IMG/VR virus record: IMGVR_UViG_3300042898_002514
From: a virus
Reading direction: 5' to 3' (one strand)
Length of the DNA: 64,000 bases
Part shown: positions 1 to 9,976 of the stretch, one piece after another
Layout of the letters: each line of letters opens with the position of its first letter
How positions within the stretch are numbered: position 1 is the first letter of the stretch
Notes under the pieces: model-generated
The model's database searches: none
What the model saw: the letters and a program-made list of their open reading frames with translations, nothing else
What the model was told of the DNA's origin: nothing
Translations under genes and position numbers: made by a program

Positions 1-333
1 GACTCTAATGTTGTTGCTGAAACATGCAAACAGTTTAACGGACAAATTTATCTGAGCGGAAACAATATGCCATCGCCGGATATTAAAATATTCAAAGGCA
101 GCCTAGGTTTTGTCTACAAACAAACTCCATTGTATCAGCAACCTTTTTTGGATCTACTTAAACCACACATGACTGATATATTGTACAAACTAGGAACTGA
201 CTTTATAATACCATATACACATTCTTGTTCTCGGCAGCTCAGAGGAAAATGCAATTTATGTTATTCTTGCGAGGAAAGGAGTTGGGGATTTGAAGAATTG
301 GCATTGGTAGATCCCGAAACTATAGATTTGTAA
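1..333 (+). CDS. QueC-like PP-loop protein, C-terminal part (5' truncated)
   Basis: Frame open from base 1; THSC...CNLCYSCEER Zn-binding motif typical of QueC C-termini. Confidence 0.6.
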   Translation, partial: DSNVVAETCKQFNGQIYLSGNNMPSPDIKIFKGSLGFVYKQTPLYQQPFLDLLKPHMTDILYKLGTDFIIPYTHSCSRQLRGKCNLCYSCEERSWGFEELALVDPETIDL

Positions 334-342
334 TATTGGGTC

Positions 343-371
343 TTGACAACCTCCAAACTAAATGTTATACT
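343..371 (+). promoter_or_regulatory. sigma70-type promoter
   Basis: TTGACA-17-TATACT. Confidence 0.8.
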
Positions 372-404
372 ACTAACATAGTTTAACAAGTTTGGAGGTT
401 TCTT

Positions 405-797
405 TTGACAATGCATTTAGAAGGCCCGTGGCTTAGTACCACAGGTAAACGCAAAGGCAAGCAAAAGTTTGCATCAGCTGAACACGCTAGAAAGGCTAGA
501 GAATTGGACGAAAGTTGGAAAGAACTACAGAAGAAATGGGCTGTAGAAATTGAAGACAAGAAGCGTAAACGAGCATTGTCTGCAGAACCACTCAAGGGAA
601 ATTACAGTCTTGCCATTCCGGCAGACCGTAGTACTGCTCACATCAAGAGCGTGAACACAGGTGGCAATGCAGTATTGCGACCTAATCCAGTCTACACAGG
701 AACCAAGGTCAAAGGCATTGCCACTATGCACAAGTCAAATGCGGTGCCTGTGTTTTCGGACGAAGAAGCACAAGATATCTCCAAAATGCGTCGATAA
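405..797 (+). CDS. hypothetical phage protein (basic)
   Basis: GGAGG SD, downstream of promoter, 130 aa. Confidence 0.8.
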   Translation: MTMHLEGPWLSTTGKRKGKQKFASAEHARKARELDESWKELQKKWAVEIEDKKRKRALSAEPLKGNYSLAIPADRSTAHIKSVNTGGNAVLRPNPVYTGTKVKGIATMHKSNAVPVFSDEEAQDISKMRR

Positions 798-799
798 TC

Positions 800-1083
800 A
801 CCAGTTTCTCGGGAGATTTCGAATCTATGGGGTATATATTAAACGTTTCGCAAAGAAACTGAGATAGTTGACATGACAGAGATACCATCAAAATCATGTC
901 CGCGGGTCTTGGCCAATGAGAAACCCGTATTTTCGGGATGCCAAGGGTCGCCAAAGGTACCACAAGTTGTGGTGGCTAATGGAGACAACTACACGAAAGT
1001 AGGGTTCTGTCAGAGCCTCGTGAAGTTAACTCCCTTTATGTAATGTTGTAGAAGTTTTACAACACCAAGTCAAAGGAGGACTT
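800..1083 (+). promoter_or_regulatory. structured 5' leader of cell wall hydrolase gene
   Basis: Several inverted repeats (GACATGA/TCATGTC, CACGA/TCGTG, TGTTGTA/TACAACA); CTCCCTTT can pair with SD AAAGGAG. Confidence 0.45.
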
Positions 1084-1638
1084 ATGGAAAAGTTATTTAG
1101 ATTTACAGCCTATGTTATGGGCTTAGTTGTAGTAGCCATGTTGGTGCAAAGTATTACTCAGACCAAAATGGCAAAGCTACGTGAGGGTCAGATGTTATCA
1201 TCGCCTGATATTGTGTCAATCAAAACTAGAGAACGACAACTAGAATGTCTAGCGATGAATATCTATCGCGAAGCAGGCCACGAAAACTTTGAAGGCAAAG
1301 TAGCAGTAGCACAGGTCACTATGAACAGGGCGGCTCATCCTTCGTTCCCAAAAGATGTCTGTGCAGTTGTTTTTCAAAAGTCAGTAGTGATAGACAGAGT
1401 CATTTGCCAATTCTCATGGTACTGTGACACTGCTCACAAAGCTAGACCTGTTAACCAATCAGCTTATAATGAAAGTATGGCTGTGGCCAAGAAAGTGTTA
1501 TTGGAAGGCTTTCGACTTGACGTAATGAAAGAAGCATTGTATTATCATGCTAACTATGTCAATCCTCGTTGGCCTTTAGAAAAAATTGGATCAATCGGTA
1601 ATCATATCTTTTACAAAGGAAAGAAAACAAATGGCTAA
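1084..1638 (+). CDS. SleB-like cell wall hydrolase (Hydrolase_2)
   Basis: CLAMNIYREA...GKVAVAQVTMNR...QFSW...YYHA...IGNHIFY; N-terminal TM anchor. Confidence 0.92.
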   Translation: MEKLFRFTAYVMGLVVVAMLVQSITQTKMAKLREGQMLSSPDIVSIKTRERQLECLAMNIYREAGHENFEGKVAVAQVTMNRAAHPSFPKDVCAVVFQKSVVIDRVICQFSWYCDTAHKARPVNQSAYNESMAVAKKVLLEGFRLDVMKEALYYHANYVNPRWPLEKIGSIGNHIFYKGKKTNG

Positions 1639-1966
1639 TCTAAATAAATTTAATCCGTTACCCCAATTTGAAAATCTTCAAGAATTTAAAACTTGGGCTA
1701 CGGCTAAGGTCAGTCATATTTCAGCAGAAACATTTGGTTGGTTGGCAGTTATTGTCTTACACGCTGCTACTGTTCCTAGTCTGTTTGCAGTAATGAGCGG
1801 CCTAACTGACAAGATGCCCGCAGTGGATCTTGTGCTGTTATGTTGGGGCGGCCTGACCTTGTTGTTTGTTAAAGCCACGGTGCAAAAAGATATGCTCAAT
1901 GTAGTTACTATCGGATTGGGGTTTATTGTCCAAGCAGTAATGATGGCGCTGATATTTTTTAAATAA
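1631..1966 (+). CDS. small 3-TM membrane protein
   Basis: ATG overlaps upstream stop; hydrophobic segments. Confidence 0.75.
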   Translation: MANLNKFNPLPQFENLQEFKTWATAKVSHISAETFGWLAVIVLHAATVPSLFAVMSGLTDKMPAVDLVLLCWGGLTLLFVKATVQKDMLNVVTIGLGFIVQAVMMALIFFK

Positions 1967-2014
1967 ATTTAGTATAGTTTTTAACTTTATTAAAGGCCGG
2001 TAAATACTAGCTCA

Positions 2015-3472
2015 ATGAAAATAAATCTAAGTGATAAAATCATAGCCTGGTTGGCTCTTCTAAGCGGACTAACTATATCTGCTGTGGCAATTTGGTACAG
2101 CGTGGCTGGCCTTGTTTCAATCTTTGCGGCCGCAGTTATACCTATTATTGTAATGGGTGTTGTGTTAGAGGTCAGCAAATTAATTGCCACCGTATGGCTC
2201 AAGATAAATTGGGCCCGTGCTCCTATTTTTATTAGGTCGTATCTAATTGCGGCCATTGCTATCCTAATGGTGATAACATCAATGGGTATCTTTGGATTCC
2301 TATCAAAAGCACATAGTGATCAAAGTCTTGTAAGCGGTGACGTACAAAGTAGGATTGCCGTCTATGATGAGAAAATCAAAACAGAAAAAGAAAATATAGA
2401 TGCAAATCGTAAAGTTCTCAAACAACTTGATGAGGCAGTGGACCAAGTTATGGGTCGCTCAACAGATGAAAAGGGTGCCGAAAAAGCAGTCGCAATTCGT
2501 AAAGCCCAGCAAAAAGATCGCGGCCGTATTACTCAAGAAATTGCTCAATCGCAAAAGACCATCTCTACACTTAACAGTGAGAGAGCACCTATTGCGGCAG
2601 AGGTTCGAAAAGTGGAGGCCGAGGTTGGACCAATAAAATACATAGCTTCTTTTATTTACGGAAGCAATCCAGATGCCAATCTATTAGAAAAAGCTGTCAC
2701 CTGGGTAATCATTATTATTGTTGCGGTATTTGATCCTCTGGCAGTGATCTTGTTGTTGGCCAGTCAATACAGTTTTCAATGGTTCCGAACTGCTCGAGAA
2801 GAAGACGACGAGTTAGCAGTAAAAGAATGGTTCGAACAAGGCAAAGAACGTGCTCGTCAATTAGATCAAGAAGCCGCAGAGCAAGATGTCAAAATAAAAG
2901 CAGAACCTTTTATTCCGGCCGGCAGCCCATTATGGCCATTCCCGGTTCAAGGACCAACACTATCAGTCGAAGACAGAGAATTGGGTATTTTTGAAAAACA
3001 TCCTTATCTTTTAAAACCGTGGGTAAGTCAAGTACCGGAAGAATTTCGAGTGGGTCCACAGGTCCATAAAACTGAGGAACCGACAGAAGAAGAGCACACT
3101 GATGAAGATGAATTGGCGCAAGCATCTGAAAGTGAAGCATCTGCAATGACCCGTTGGAAAGCAGATCATCCTGACAGCAGTTTGAAACTTCAGAGAAAAC
3201 TTTTTGAACGTAATGTTATCAAAGAACTACCCTGGCAATCTTATCTAAGGCCGCAGCCTGATCACGATGATGCTGCTGGCGAAGCTGCCAAATGGATAGA
3301 AGAACAACGTGTTCTCGCAGACGAATCTAAAAAAAAAGACAGTGACCTGGTTGGAGAAACAAGGGACACAGCAGATCAAGAAAACCAAGGAAGTGTAGAA
3401 TACGTTCAAAATGCAGAACAGACTAAGTCCACTCTTTGGCAACGTGTGAAAGCAAAAAAAGATGAACAGTAA
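2015..3472 (+). CDS. membrane protein with coiled coil and acidic tail
   Basis: N-terminal TMs, heptad region, FDPLAVILLLA TM. Confidence 0.8.
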   Translation: MKINLSDKIIAWLALLSGLTISAVAIWYSVAGLVSIFAAAVIPIIVMGVVLEVSKLIATVWLKINWARAPIFIRSYLIAAIAILMVITSMGIFGFLSKAHSDQSLVSGDVQSRIAVYDEKIKTEKENIDANRKVLKQLDEAVDQVMGRSTDEKGAEKAVAIRKAQQKDRGRITQEIAQSQKTISTLNSERAPIAAEVRKVEAEVGPIKYIASFIYGSNPDANLLEKAVTWVIIIIVAVFDPLAVILLLASQYSFQWFRTAREEDDELAVKEWFEQGKERARQLDQEAAEQDVKIKAEPFIPAGSPLWPFPVQGPTLSVEDRELGIFEKHPYLLKPWVSQVPEEFRVGPQVHKTEEPTEEEHTDEDELAQASESEASAMTRWKADHPDSSLKLQRKLFERNVIKELPWQSYLRPQPDHDDAAGEAAKWIEEQRVLADESKKKDSDLVGETRDTADQENQGSVEYVQNAEQTKSTLWQRVKAKKDEQ

Positions 3473-3848
3473 AGTGATTTTGGTCACCGATCCCGATGAC
3501 GTAGCCTACGATGGTGTGAGATTGTTGCTGGTCAATCTTACCGCTGACCAAACACAATTATTATCTACAGCATTGTCGAAAATCAATAATTTACCAATGG
3601 TGGTTCTTTATATCTGGAACAACAGTAGTCCAGATTGGTTGTTTGATAAAAAACACAAGAGTCACCATATAATCTTTAATGCGGAACACGAAAATCAGTT
3701 AATAACTGGTTATATGGCTGCACAACGTAATTCATCTTATTTTGGGATACTAAAAAACCTAGCTAAGGTCAATACAAAGGCTATATATAGTATTGATGAC
3801 TGCATCAAATTATTAGAAACCGTAATAGGAACTTATGAACAACAATAA
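3462..3848 (+). CDS. hypothetical protein
   Basis: 128-aa ORF overlapping neighbours. Confidence 0.7.
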   Translation: MNSKVILVTDPDDVAYDGVRLLLVNLTADQTQLLSTALSKINNLPMVVLYIWNNSSPDWLFDKKHKSHHIIFNAEHENQLITGYMAAQRNSSYFGILKNLAKVNTKAIYSIDDCIKLLETVIGTYEQQ

Positions 3849-4077
3849 TACAATTAGACTAACTGGTAATACCGTTTTTGTCAAAGAAAACGAAAATATC
3901 AATCAAGCTCTAAGAAGATTCAAAAAGAAAATAGACGACAGTGGACTTTTGGAAGAACTACGTGCCCGTGAATTTTATGAAAAACCCACAACTGAGCGCA
4001 AACGCAAAGCTGGCGCAGCCAAAGCACGTTGGAATAAAAAGCTCAGAGAACAACAACTTCCTAAAAAAATGTTTTAA
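3835..4077 (+). CDS. rpsU: ribosomal protein bS21
   Basis: [12 protein letters not shown]...[14 protein letters not shown]. Confidence 0.93.
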   Translation: MNNNNTIRLTGNTVFVKENENINQALRRFKKKIDDSGLLEELRAREFYEKPTTERKRKAGAAKARWNKKLREQQLPKKMF

Positions 4078-4081
4078 TCTA

Positions 4082-4110
4082 TTGACCATTGGTCAGAAAG
4101 GTAGTATAAT
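4082..4110 (+). promoter_or_regulatory. sigma70-type promoter (leaderless transcript)
   Basis: TTGACC-17-TATAAT, ATG 6 nt downstream. Confidence 0.75.
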
Positions 4111-4116
4111 AGCTGT

Positions 4117-4698
4117 ATGAACACAGATATTATGATTGACTTGGAGACGCTAGACGTACTCCCCACCGCAACTATCCTTACTATCGGAGCAGTTAAATTT
4201 GATCCGTTTGGTGACGATGTTAATGACCCAAAATGTGAGAAATTTTATGTCCGTGTTGATGTTGATAGTTGTGATCGGATTGGTGCTACGGTTAGTCAGG
4301 CTACCTTAGACTGGTGGTCCAATCAAAGCCAAGCTGCTCAGGACGAAGCATTTGATCCTGCAAATAGAATTTCTATCGAAGAAGCAATGACACAACTGTA
4401 TAAGTTTTGTTGGGGCGGCAAGCGAGTATGGAGTCATGGTGCAGGATTTGATGTTATTATTTTAGAACATTATTTTCGCAAGATAGGCAAAGCTATTCCT
4501 TGGAGTTTCTGGGAAGTACGCGATACTCGCACTATATTTGACATTGGAATCAATCCTAACCGGCCTCCTGTACTAAAACATCATGCCCTTGAAGATGCTT
4601 GGAATCAAGCAGTAGGTGTTCAGAATGTTTATAAAAAATTACGAACTGCTAGTAGTATCAACGGTGAACTTTTTCAACCGTTGGCACATCAAAGATAA
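4117..4698 (+). CDS. DEDDh 3'-5' exonuclease (Rv2179c-like)
   Basis: IMIDLET, FD, RDTRT, HHALEDA motifs. Confidence 0.88.
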   Translation: MNTDIMIDLETLDVLPTATILTIGAVKFDPFGDDVNDPKCEKFYVRVDVDSCDRIGATVSQATLDWWSNQSQAAQDEAFDPANRISIEEAMTQLYKFCWGGKRVWSHGAGFDVIILEHYFRKIGKAIPWSFWEVRDTRTIFDIGINPNRPPVLKHHALEDAWNQAVGVQNVYKKLRTASSINGELFQPLAHQR

Positions 4699-4707
4699 AT
4701 AAAATCG

Positions 4708-4782
4708 TAAATTGTACCAATAGGGCAATTTACAGAGCATAGTGCTCACAATTTAGATCTTACTTTATAAGGAGATATTATG
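4708..4782 (+). promoter_or_regulatory. ROSE-like RNA thermometer upstream of dnaK
   Basis: Two hairpins followed by TCTTACTTTATAAGGAGA, which pairs over the SD with a bulged purine. Confidence 0.6.
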
Positions 4783-6681
4783 TCTAAGATCATCGGTATT
4801 GACCTCGGCACCACGAATTCTTGCGTGGCTATCGTCGAAAATGGAATTCCCAAAGTTATTGAGAATTCAGAAGGTGCTAGAACTACACCCAGCGTGGTTG
4901 CCTACACCAACAATGAAATTCTAGTTGGTGCCAGCGCAAAACGCCAGGCAGTAACAAATCCCAAAAACACCATCTATGCTGCCAAGCGTTTGATTGGTCG
5001 TAAATTCACTGAGGATGCAGTTCAAAAGGACATCGACCTGATGCCTTATGAAATTATCCAAAACGGTAATGGTGATGCTTGGGTCAAGGCAGGAGAACAA
5101 CGTCTTGCTCCTCCGCAGATTTCAGCAGAAGTTCTGCGTAAAATGAAAAAGACAGCGGAGGATTATTTAGGTCATGAAGTTACTCAAGCAGTTATCACAG
5201 TTCCTGCGTACTTTAACGACAGCCAAAGACAAGCTACCAAGGATGCTGGACAGATTGCCGGCTTGGAGGTACTGCGTATTATTAACGAGCCTACTGCGGC
5301 AGCTCTTAGTTATGGCGTTGATAAGTCTGATAAAGCTGACAGGAAGATTGCTGTTTATGATCTTGGTGGCGGTACTTTCGACGTATCGATCATTGAGATC
5401 GCGAACGTGGAAGGCGACAAACAAATCGAAGTACTAAGCACCAATGGTGACACCTTTCTAGGTGGTGAAGATTTTGACCAACGCATTATGGAATTCCTAG
5501 TTGATGAATTCAAGAAAGATTCCGGAATCGATCTCAAGAAAGATATGCTTGCCCTACAGCGTTTAAAAGATGCTGCTGAAAAAGCCAAGATTGAATTATC
5601 GAGTTCTGCACAAACAGAAGTCAATCTTCCATACGTTACAGCTGATGCTAGTGGTCCTAAACATCTAGTGGTAAAGATCACCCGTGCAAAACTAGAAAGT
5701 CTTGTAGCTGATCTAATCGAACGTAGTCTAGCACCTTGCCGCACAGCTATGAAAGATGCAGGCATTACCGCCACTGACATCGACGAAGTTATTCTTGTTG
5801 GTGGTCAAACACGTATGCCTAAAGTACAAGAAGCTGTTGAGCAACTGTTTGGCAAAGCACCCCGTAAAGATGTTAACCCCGACGAAGCTGTGGCCGCAGG
5901 CGCCGCCATTCAAGGTGCTGTTCTAGGTGGTGATCGCAATGACGTTTTGTTGTTGGATGTTACACCGTTGAGTCTAGGCATTGAGACCATGGGTGGCATT
6001 ATGACCAAGCTGGTGCAAAAGAATACAACTATCCCAACTAAAGCTAGTCAAACATTCTCTACAGCAGAAGACAACCAGCCTGCTGTGACCATCAAAGCGT
6101 TTCAAGGTGAACGCGAACTCGTACAACATAACAAGTTACTAGGCGAGTTTAACCTAGAAGGTATTGCACCAGGACGCAGAGGACAACCTCAGATTGAAGT
6201 GAGTTTTGACATTGACGCCAACGGTATCATGCACGTCAGCGCCAAAGACAAAAACACCGGCAAAGAAAACAAAATCACTATTAAATCAGATAGTGGATTG
6301 AGCAAAGAAGAAATCGAGCGTATGGTTCAAGATGCTGAAGTCAATGCAGAAGCAGATAAGAAAGCACGTACACTGATTGAAACACGTAATGGTGCTGAAG
6401 CACAGATGCACGAAGTACGTAAAGATCTAGAAGAGTTCCGTTCAGAACTTTCTGAAACAGAAATCACTGAGTTAGAAACAGTGATCAAAGCAGTAGAAGA
6501 AGCTACCAAAGGCACAGACCCTGAAAAGATCACTGAAGAACTCAACAAGGTTTATCCGGCAATGAAAACATTATTGGATAAAAAGCAGGCCAAGGAACAG
6601 GCAGCTCAGGCGCCTCAACCAGAAGCCAAAGCAGATGACAATGTGGTAGACGCTACGTTTACTGAAACTAAGTTTAGCTAA
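4780..6681 (+). CDS. dnaK: Hsp70 chaperone DnaK
   Basis: [19 protein letters not shown], full length 633 aa. Confidence 0.99.
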   Translation: MSKIIGIDLGTTNSCVAIVENGIPKVIENSEGARTTPSVVAYTNNEILVGASAKRQAVTNPKNTIYAAKRLIGRKFTEDAVQKDIDLMPYEIIQNGNGDAWVKAGEQRLAPPQISAEVLRKMKKTAEDYLGHEVTQAVITVPAYFNDSQRQATKDAGQIAGLEVLRIINEPTAAALSYGVDKSDKADRKIAVYDLGGGTFDVSIIEIANVEGDKQIEVLSTNGDTFLGGEDFDQRIMEFLVDEFKKDSGIDLKKDMLALQRLKDAAEKAKIELSSSAQTEVNLPYVTADASGPKHLVVKITRAKLESLVADLIERSLAPCRTAMKDAGITATDIDEVILVGGQTRMPKVQEAVEQLFGKAPRKDVNPDEAVAAGAAIQGAVLGGDRNDVLLLDVTPLSLGIETMGGIMTKLVQKNTTIPTKASQTFSTAEDNQPAVTIKAFQGERELVQHNKLLGEFNLEGIAPGRRGQPQIEVSFDIDANGIMHVSAKDKNTGKENKITIKSDSGLSKEEIERMVQDAEVNAEADKKARTLIETRNGAEAQMHEVRKDLEEFRSELSETEITELETVIKAVEEATKGTDPEKITEELNKVYPAMKTLLDKKQAKEQAAQAPQPEAKADDNVVDATFTETKFS

Positions 6682-6691
6682 TTGTCAAATA

Positions 6692-6743
6692 GGGGGTACT
6701 TTCGAGGCCCCCATTGTTCTTACTTTATAAGGAGACTATTATG
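6692..6743 (+). promoter_or_regulatory. ROSE-like RNA thermometer upstream of small heat-shock gene
   Basis: GC hairpin, then identical 18-mer TCTTACTTTATAAGGAGA. Confidence 0.65.
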
Positions 6744-7178
6744 AACAACAATCAACTATCGAGATTAGACACACTGAGCAGAGCACTTGTGGGATTTGAC
6801 ACAATGTTTGACCAAATGGAACGCAGATTTGCCAACCAAGTGTCTACCAACTATCCTCCATTTAATATCCTCAAATGGAATGAAGACCAATACGAAATTC
6901 AAATTGCAATTACTGGATTTGAGAAGGAAGAAATTCGAGTAGAAGTCGAGCGCAATCAATTGAGCGTATTTGGCGAATCTAAAGAAATGTCTTTAGGAGA
7001 TGCCATGTACCTTCATCGTGGACTTGCTACACGAGACTTTGAAAAAACTTTTACTTTAGCAGAGCACATGGAAGTTAAGGTAGCCGAGATTAGAAACGGT
7101 ATGTTGAGAATTCAACTTTTCCGTAACGTTCCGGAATCCGAAAAACCACGTATCATTGATATTGTGGAAATTAAGTAA
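6741..7178 (+). CDS. small heat shock protein (Hsp20/IbpA family)
   Basis: NYPPFNI, YLHRGLATRDF, NGMLRI motifs. Confidence 0.95.
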   Translation: MNNNQLSRLDTLSRALVGFDTMFDQMERRFANQVSTNYPPFNILKWNEDQYEIQIAITGFEKEEIRVEVERNQLSVFGESKEMSLGDAMYLHRGLATRDFEKTFTLAEHMEVKVAEIRNGMLRIQLFRNVPESEKPRIIDIVEIK

Positions 7179-7180
7179 TT

Positions 7181-7208
7181 AATTAGGGGAGACTTACTCC
7201 CCTAATTT
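7181..7208 (+). terminator. probable intrinsic terminator hairpin
   Basis: AATTAGGGG...CCCCTAATT inverted repeat. Confidence 0.55.
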
Positions 7209-7223
7209 GGAGCAAATAAAAAT

Positions 7224-7526
7224 ATGTCCACTGATTTAAAAATTGATGAAAAAATAACAGTTTCCTTACAGCCACCAAAGCTATGGAAAGTTGTATTGCT
7301 GAACGATGATAAAACTCCTATGGAATTTGTCATCGAAGTGTTAACTGAAATATTCAAACACGCACAGGATCGAGCCAAAGACATTACCTTGGAAATACAC
7401 AACACGGGTAGTGCGGTAGCAGGAATCTATACACACGAAATCGCCGAACAAAAAGGCATCGATTCTACTCAGGCTGCAAGACAAAATGGATTTCCTTTAG
7501 TGGTAACCATTGAACCAGATGCATGA
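7224..7526 (+). CDS. clpS: Clp protease adaptor ClpS
   Basis: WKVVLLNDDKTPMEFV...IH..GSAVAGIY..EIAE.K. Confidence 0.95.
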   Translation: MSTDLKIDEKITVSLQPPKLWKVVLLNDDKTPMEFVIEVLTEIFKHAQDRAKDITLEIHNTGSAVAGIYTHEIAEQKGIDSTQAARQNGFPLVVTIEPDA

Positions 7527-7792
7527 ATCAAGAAGATATCAGAGTTATAAAATACACTGATCTTGGCACAAAGAGATTTCAATATTGGCTAACTCTTTTT
7601 GATTGTAGAAGCGGCAATCAAACTTCTGGGAAAAAAGGAAAAAGAACCTTGATAGCATATCTAGAAAGTTTGTTTGGCCCATTAGGCCAAAGATGGCATT
7701 TTCAAAGGCAAAATGAACAGATATATACTGTTAAATTAGATCAGGAGAAAGACCTCCTGATTTTTCTTTTGAAGTTCAAATTAAAGAATTAA
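7523..7792 (+). CDS. hypothetical protein (small paralog family)
   Basis: C-terminal EKDLLIFLLKF motif shared with ORFs at 20-22 kb. Confidence 0.65.
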   Translation: MNQEDIRVIKYTDLGTKRFQYWLTLFDCRSGNQTSGKKGKRTLIAYLESLFGPLGQRWHFQRQNEQIYTVKLDQEKDLLIFLLKFKLKN

Positions 7793-7803
7793 ATATACAT
7801 ATT

Positions 7804-8349
7804 ATGAGTCTACGAGAAATCACACACGATCTGCACGAAGAAGCAGAAAAAACAATCTTCGCAACGAAATTGGTCAGCGGGTCTTTTACCGCAGAAGAAT
7901 ATGCTAATTATCTTTGGCAAATGGTGCTGGTCTATAACGGTATCGAAACTGCCTGTAAAAGTCAAGGAATGTTGACCAATCTAAAAGATATTGAACGAAC
8001 ACACAAGATCTATCAAGATTGTATAGAACTAGTTGGTCCACATCACAACTTGTTTTGGTTGCCGGTTACCATTGAGTACTATCAATATCTTTTAGAACTC
8101 AATATGAATCCTGAAAGAAAACATTTGATAAAAGCTCATATGTATTGTCGTCATATGGGAGACTTGTTTGGCGGACAAATTATTAAAAAGAAAGCGCCGG
8201 GTCAAGGAAGATTCTATGACTTTGACGATGCACATAATTTAAAAGCAGCCATCCGTGCTGAACTCACTGATGACCTAGGACCCGAAGCTCGAATAGCCTT
8301 TGAATGGGCTATCAAGATAATGAAGGCTCTAAACAATGAAAGGCACTGA
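7804..8349 (+). CDS. heme oxygenase (HemO/Ho1-like)
   Basis: LREITHDLHEEAE, AHMYCRHMGDLFGGQII. Confidence 0.92.
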   Translation: MSLREITHDLHEEAEKTIFATKLVSGSFTAEEYANYLWQMVLVYNGIETACKSQGMLTNLKDIERTHKIYQDCIELVGPHHNLFWLPVTIEYYQYLLELNMNPERKHLIKAHMYCRHMGDLFGGQIIKKKAPGQGRFYDFDDAHNLKAAIRAELTDDLGPEARIAFEWAIKIMKALNNERH

Positions 8350-9029
8350 TGAGTCAAGTTTGGGAAAAGTTAGTTGAGATCCAACATCTATTGGAAGATA
8401 ACTTCAGCCGCACGGGTCAAGAGGTTAATGAATCTGGGATGGAAAGATTTAATCAGCCAGGTTGGGTTAATCGCATCTGGACTAGCGATCGTTATCGTCG
8501 TGCTCACATTGATGTTGTAGATGCTCGAGAAAGTAAAGGGTTATGGATGATGCACTGCTGTGTGTTTCCACATACACACAACCCTGCTCCTATTTTTGGC
8601 TTTGACGTAATAGCAGGTAAGAATAAGATCACAGGTTGCTTTATTGATTATAGTCCTACAGGTGATTTTGATCATCCTATGATTGAATACTTTGCTGAAG
8701 AAGTTGGCCGATACGACTGGAATAAACCACGTAAACTTCCCGAATGGGCAGAGCGTATTTTTAGTCCGCATATGATTGCTGCGGGCAATGTCAGCGACGA
8801 AAGCGAATTAGCACAGATTGCAAGTCTAGCACATATACTAGTTAATCACTACACAGAATGTGTGGGAGAAACTAATAATACTGCAGAAAGCACCAAAGAT
8901 CAGCAGAATTACTATGCTCAAAACCAAAAGCAAAACCCACATACTCCTAAAGTAATGGTCAGTTTAGGTTTAAGCGAGGAAGATGTCCAAATGTTTATCC
9001 AGGACTGTCTTTTTCCTGAATTGAAATAA
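8349..9029 (+). CDS. ferredoxin-dependent bilin reductase (PcyA/PcyX-like)
   Basis: RRAH, HCCVFP, PIFGFD, LPEWAERIFS, QKQNPHT; coupled to heme oxygenase. Confidence 0.88.
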   Translation: MSQVWEKLVEIQHLLEDNFSRTGQEVNESGMERFNQPGWVNRIWTSDRYRRAHIDVVDARESKGLWMMHCCVFPHTHNPAPIFGFDVIAGKNKITGCFIDYSPTGDFDHPMIEYFAEEVGRYDWNKPRKLPEWAERIFSPHMIAAGNVSDESELAQIASLAHILVNHYTECVGETNNTAESTKDQQNYYAQNQKQNPHTPKVMVSLGLSEEDVQMFIQDCLFPELK

Positions 9030-9052
9030 ATTCAGCTATATAAATAGCTAAC

Positions 9053-9421
9053 ATGGAAATTCTTGCACTTTTACTACTGTTTCAAATCAAGCACTGGTAT
9101 GCTGATTTTAAGATACAGACCTATATGCAGACCGTTAAAAAAGGTGTGTGGCTAGATCCTGTTGGCATAAGTCATACGCTAGATCATGTCTGGGGAACAT
9201 TAGTATTATTGTTGATTTTTAGTTTCTTTCATCCAATCAGTGCTGTTACAATGATATCTGTAGCAGTTATTGAAGGCGTATATCATTATGTAATAGATTA
9301 CACCAAGGTAAAATACGGTTGCAAAGACAATACTAAACCCTTATTTTGGAATCAATTCGGCCTAGATCAACTAGCGCATCAAGCATCTTACTTGGCCATT
9401 GCGGCTGTCATCTGTCTTTAG
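9053..9421 (+). CDS. DUF3307-like membrane protein
   Basis: HWYADF.IQ, HYVID..K, GLDQLAH. Confidence 0.8.
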   Translation: MEILALLLLFQIKHWYADFKIQTYMQTVKKGVWLDPVGISHTLDHVWGTLVLLLIFSFFHPISAVTMISVAVIEGVYHYVIDYTKVKYGCKDNTKPLFWNQFGLDQLAHQASYLAIAAVICL

Positions 9422-9447
9422 ATAACTCATAGTTTATTCTAGCACAA

Positions 9448-9484
9448 CTCCCGGTAAATACATTACAAACCCGGGAGCGAACCG
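9448..9484 (+). promoter_or_regulatory. late-promoter box inside an SD-occluding hairpin
   Basis: CTCCCGG-TAAATA...-CCGGGAG; the 3' arm is the SD of csgF. Confidence 0.55.
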
Positions 9485-9967
9485 ATGAAGAAAACCTTAG
9501 TGACACTAGGGATGATGCTGGCATTATCCACGACTGCACAAGCAGAGTTAGTACAACAATTTAAAAATCCAGCCTTTAGTGGCATTGGATTTAGCAGTCA
9601 TGTGTTGACCATTGACAGCATTGAAAAGTCACGACGTGATGCTATCGAAGCAGACAAAAAAGCAGCCATTGCCAAAGCTGAGGCTGAACTGCTAAACACC
9701 CCGTTGAATAGATTCATGAGTCTATTTCAAAGTCAAGTATATGCTCAACTTGCAACACAGTTAAGCAACAACCTATTCACAAACAAATGCGCTGCCGCAG
9801 ATGGCACGGCGATTCCAGGTTGCGTGAATCCAACAACAGGTAACTTTGCTCTAGATGGTAATACAGTTACCTGGGCCAAGGCCAACGACAAAGTTACACT
9901 GACAGTAGTAGATGCCAAAGGTACTGTTACTCGAGTTATAGTTCCAATTGCTAGTTTTAGTTTTTAA
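9485..9967 (+). CDS. csgF: curli assembly factor CsgF-like
   Basis: Signal peptide, ELVQQFKNPAFSG; directly upstream of csgG. Confidence 0.8.
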   Translation: MKKTLVTLGMMLALSTTAQAELVQQFKNPAFSGIGFSSHVLTIDSIEKSRRDAIEADKKAAIAKAEAELLNTPLNRFMSLFQSQVYAQLATQLSNNLFTNKCAAADGTAIPGCVNPTTGNFALDGNTVTWAKANDKVTLTVVDAKGTVTRVIVPIASFSF

Positions 9968-9976
9968 GGAGAAAAT

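Noticed and set aside
5167-6548. Antisense and alternate-frame ORFs inside dnaK and other long genes
   Set aside because: Codon-bias shadows without RBS or recognisable motifs.
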